Positions 59,570 to 64,000 of a DNA stretch of 64,000 bases are shown in pieces (the stretch's first letter is position 1; each line of letters opens with the position of its first letter). A program made the position numbers and the translations under genes. Below the pieces are notes generated by a model, which had not been told where the DNA came from, did not search any database, and saw only the letters and a program-made list of their open reading frames with translations. Source of the DNA: Neoechinorhynchus agilis. Its lineage: Eukaryota > Animalia > Acanthocephala. The DNA lies in contig CM121341.1 in the NCBI GenBank assembly GCA_051530055.1, positions 14,238,784 through 14,302,783 of the forward strand, written 5' to 3'.

Positions 59570-62546
59570 TATGCGTGAACCAATGGTCTCGGGGATTCCT
59601 GCTTCCAATTCTATGCATCCGGTATCTTCTCTTTTAGTGGACTCTACCTCAAGAAGTTCGGGCATTAATGTATCTCAAAGTACGGTCTCATCGCAGCTAA
59701 TAACGATGGAACATCTAGAATGTCGTCTGGAGGAGGTCTGTAACAAGCTACTGACGGTTATGCAAGCACGTTTTACCGAAGCTATCACTACTTTTGAGAA
59801 GAAGATGTGTACCCTCATCTGCAATCTCCCAGATATAATCTCTTCCAGCTTTCAATTTCCAAGAGATTTGAAACAAAAGAGACTCAATTCGTCCGATACG
59901 AACCCTCGATCGGCCAAAAAATCCAATATAACCTCCAATGTGACTCGATCTGATAGTGATGATTCAATAATGGAATTGGATGAAACTGATTCTGACTTCG
60001 TCACTGCAATCATCAACGCTCAAACCGCGCTTATTAATAATGGAACTGCGGCTCTTATTCCAGATGCAGCCACCAGAAAACTCTGATAGCTTAAAGGCTC
60101 AGGTAATGGTTTGGGATTTTCGGGTGTCACAGTGGAACTGTGGTGGGGCGACCAACCATAACAGGCTAGCTCGTTTCTTATCATGGGTATCAATCATTTT
60201 GCTACAGGAAACGAAAAGTATTTTTACACTGGATCAACTTTATAGCTATCTACCTCAATCGAACGTCTCAACGTTCACCTCTTTTATCACTACTCCTTTA
60301 AGTCCCGCCTCACAGGGTCTTATTTCAATTTTTCACTCTTCGCTTAATCCTCTCTATTGTCTTCCTGTATTTCACCTCAAATGTCGTATTCCATTTTCAA
60401 AATCCTTGTAAATAAGAAATTTCTCACCTTTATCAATTTATACATTAAACCTGGTTTTACCCACCGGGCATACATTGAAAGCAGAATCAAATGGCTTCTC
60501 AGAGCCAATATTGACATCATAGTGGGAGACTTCAATGATCCATCTTTAAAATGGTCTAAGGCCAATGTCAACGCAGTTCAACCTTTTTACTCTTTAACCT
60601 ATCCCTCTACTGCCTCTTTTCATAATCTCGCTTATAATACGCATTCGTTCTTAAATCTGATCATTTATAAGAGACACCTCAATTTCTTGATTCAATTCGA
60701 TCGTCAGGTGTCTCTTTTCGACCTGTTAGGGCATGATATCCTAATTTGGTCCTTTGGTCCTAACTCTACACTACGAAAAACCTACCACATATCCCCACTC
60801 AACGTTGCCTTTTTCCGCCTAGTTAGTCAAAATCTTATCTCTCTAGTATTTAATCAAAATAAGCCCTTTATCTCGTACCTTTCGTTAATAATGCTCTTAA
60901 CGAGTTAGCTAATATTTTTCTATTTCGTACGGTGAGGACCTTCTCTCGACCTTATGAAAGTCGCTCTCTATGCTTTCTTGGACGCCAACTCTTTTTGGCA
61001 TCCCTCTCATCAAATCATTAACCAGTCATTTCTGGGCTGCTCACTGTCGACAGCAGTTACATCAGAGAACTAATTTACTTGCCGTCTTGAAACCTTATTT
61101 CTCGAGCTGGTGGCACACTCTTCAAAAGAAGAGCAATCTTGCTTGGAAATCTAAAATAACAGGCTGGCTTAAGGTTTCGTCGTTTGAGGATATATTAAAT
61201 TCTATTTTTGAATTTCACTCTTCGGGTTCCCTCAAAGATATCCCTCCAACAATAATTTTTCGGAAAAAATCGCAAACAGAGTGGATTTGACCCTGGATGA
61301 TATTCTTGAGGTCTGGTCAAATAATCCAAAATTGGCGTCTTCGAATTCCAGTTCTGGTACCAAAATTTTTAATTTACTAGCCCATGATAATATCGTTCAC
61401 TTGATCGGAATGATACTAAGCTGCTCTCCTTACGCTTGGCGAGAGATTAATGTCTCACGGCGTATTTTCATTATCAAAAATAAGAAAAAATCAATTTCAC
61501 AGCCAAAGGATCTGCGCCCCATTTCCCTACAGAATCCTTTTGTCACAATTTACGAGAGAGCTCTGGCGCGTCGTTTATTTTCATTTATATCAGAGCACAA
61601 CTGTATATCGGCCAATTGCCATGGATTTCAAAAAGGAAAATCAGTACACTCCGCGCTTACTAGTATCTATGATAGTTTTAGGAACTCCATTCTGCCTATG
61701 AAAGCCTTTCTGGCAGTGTAAATTTCACAGGCCTTCGACAAGATTTCTCTCCCTTTTATAATTCGAATACTTAAAATTTTTTAGTGTTCCACATAATTTG
61801 ATCTCCAGAATTTATAATATCCTTTTTAAAAAATCTTTCTATTACGAAGATGATATCTCAAAAACTATTTTTTATCCGATCAACTGTGTACCTCAAGGGT
61901 CTCCGCTTTCCCAAATTCTCTTCTTACTGGCTTCGCAATATATAGTTAAAAACTTCAAAATTCGTGCGCAAATAAACTGTTACGCAGATGATTTAACCTC
62001 CAATATTTCTGCTCACATCGCTGCAAAACTTAAACTTTTGATTAAACAATGTTTTGATTATCTAAATGAAATTTTACCACGTATTAGTTTATCTTTAAAT
62101 CTATCAAAATCCTTATGCATCTTTAAAGTTTGTTCTTCCAAAATTCGAGAATACCTTAAATTATTCTTTAACAATTTAGTGAATCCCTCGAATAATTCAA
62201 AAATGGACAATGCGCCCTTGAAATTACGCGTTCTAGGGCACACCTTTAATGTCAACCTTTCACCTTATTACAGATATCAATAAAATGAAAAAGCTTCTTA
62301 AAGTAGGCAATAAAGTGGCTAGACGAGCCATGGAACTAGGCTTAAATGCCTCCCAAGCTCAAGCCACATGGAAAACCTGGGGTATTCCCAGCCAAATTTT
62401 CTTCTCAAGGGATCGTCGCCTTTGTTCAGTCGTTTTTCAAACACCTGGAGTCTGCCGTTTCCCTGGGCCGGAGAGCTGAAGACTGCTCCAATCGCTTAAA
62501 GCGCTGGTTGTCTATATGATTCTTATGATGAATAAATCTTGTTTTG
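59570..62546 (+). mobile_element. LINE C: 5'-truncated relative of LINE A (ORF1 C-terminus, APE, RT), frameshifted
   Basis: ORF1 tail similar to LINE A; VSQWNCGG..LLQETK..VGDFND; LRPISL..HGFQKGKS; VPQGSPLS..CYADD; ends gaataaa followed by a T-rich run. Confidence 0.88.
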
Positions 62547-62587
62547 TATAACTCGGTGTGATTCATCAGTCAAGATGGTAGAGCAAA

Positions 62588-63215
62588 ATGGTTACAACAA
62601 GGGCGCGGAAAGTTGTTTTCTTGAGCGAGAGCGTGGTTTTAAACACTGTAAATAAAACAGCCAATTGGAATGCTTTTTTGACAGATCAGAATCCCACAAA
62701 GAGTGATGATTTGGGCGAAGATGAGGATCATTTAGGGACTCCTTCGCTGCTGATGGCAACAGTTTGCGGTCCTAGATGCAAAGGTACTAGACCCATGAAA
62801 TGTCAGTTTCACTCGATCCAGCATGTTCAAATCTTTATTGATAAATTGGTAATTCAGTCAGAAGACTAATATTATTGATCATGATTCCGATGATACTGAA
62901 ATAAAGGCCATTTTTACCAATTTAGGAAGAGGGTTTGATCAAATGTTTCCAGCGGCGAGGGTAACAGTGAACAAAGCTAAAATTCAACCGAAGATGATCG
63001 CTTTCATTGATCTAGGATTCGAGTTTATTTTTTTGAGAAAACCCGTGAACGCAAAAATGATTTCCGATTTTATCATTCGCACCTCCGCCGAGCGAGGCTT
63101 ACAGGAGAAGGTGGCGATTAGACCTTATCAATGTGTCATCATGTCACCTTTTTGTCTCGTCGACGGAACATACTCAATGACGAGAAGTGTGGAATCCACA
63201 CGACAACAATATTAG
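62588..63215 (+). CDS. Possible uncharacterised protein-coding gene (two adjacent open frames)
   Basis: Open frame from ~62860 to 63215 (KTNIIDHD..PKMIAFIDLGFEF..) preceded by a 93-codon ORF; no recognisable domain and splice pattern unresolved. Confidence 0.3.
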
Positions 63216-64000
63216 AAACAATAAACAATAGTCGTTTCGAACAAATGTCATCAGTAAAACGATTTCCGGTTGATTTTACCTTCAACGCACACACACGCAA
63301 CGGTCGGGAGCGGATGTACCCGTTAAAAGTATGTGTGTATGTGACATCTCGGCTTCTTTTTTCAATAACATGAAAAACAAAAAATGAAGCTATTTTAATA
63401 GCCGCTATCCACCTTTTTTGAACAATAATGTATTTTAAACTTAGGTTTTGTAGTCGTTCGCCCAATGAACCTTTATTGGAAGCGAACGCTTATTTTGATC
63501 AATTGTATCATCTTTTTAATCGTTTTTTGTCATTCAGACCTGAATTCATAAAAGTTGAATTCCTTACTTTTTAGAACGCGGTTTTTAACAAACGGAATTT
63601 CTAAATTTACAACTGTTCGTTTTCCAATGCAAAAAAGTACAAGCGTGAAAAAAAGTTTTGTCTTTTAAGGTGTACTGCGATTAGTAGCCTTCACGTAAGT
63701 GATTCAAATTAATATGTGTTATAATAATGCGTTTTATTTTTTCCCTGGGTCATTGTGAACATTCAAACCGAATTATAGGCTCTATGAATGTGACTGTTGA
63801 TTTCACGACCCCGCGCGATCTGGGGAAAGTTGAAGGAAATTAGCTTGCACAAGGGGTCCGCTGTAGCTTCTATTCAATGAATGTTTTGTCGTTCCTTACA
63901 AAGTTGCCCAGCATATTTCTTGCCCGTATTGCTTTGGAAATGAAAAGAATAAGAACTAATTTTATTGTCGAAGCTTTTTAAAGATATTATGGCAATGGAT

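Noticed and set aside
62700-63100. Minus-strand hydrophobic frame with several TGA codons (mitochondrial-code-like)
   Set aside because: It is the antisense of an open plus-strand frame and shows no similarity to mitochondrial proteins.
1-64000. tRNA, rRNA, snRNA or SL RNA genes
   Set aside because: No cloverleaf, rRNA or Sm-site-bearing structure recognised by eye; isolated GTTCGAAT motifs (~2130, ~9985) lack tRNA context. A covariance-model search would be needed to exclude them.

Overview
Eukaryotic (metazoan) nuclear DNA from a compact genome with short introns; no prokaryotic features. Host genes I can support: a secreted protein running off the left edge, a class I SAM methyltransferase, a stand-alone I29 cysteine-protease-inhibitor protein, an intronless EGF-less Notch-like receptor, a small type I membrane protein, MTRES1-like, a PDZ protein, intronless RBBP6-like with a 79-aa tandem repeat, MUS81 (plus a truncated duplicate), a DNPEP/M18 homologue that has lost most metal ligands, a DDX5/DBP2-like helicase and intronless SRSF10-like. 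Much of the rest is mobile DNA: CRE-type RT-REL retroelements, three I/Jockey-type LINEs, CR1/L2-like fragments, Penelope-like GIY-YIG elements, a Gypsy gag fragment and several hairpin MITEs. Most introns are ordinary GT-AG introns of about 37-56 nt. The main discovery candidate is a second class of interruption in otherwise intact conserved genes (DDX5-like, MUS81 twice, possibly MTRES1-like). These lack usable GT-AG ends, have decayed terminal inverted repeats that pair the two ends, and sit at TA-like duplications. They look like MITE-derived, hairpin-bounded non-canonical introns. All gene models were built by eye and need RNA-seq confirmation.
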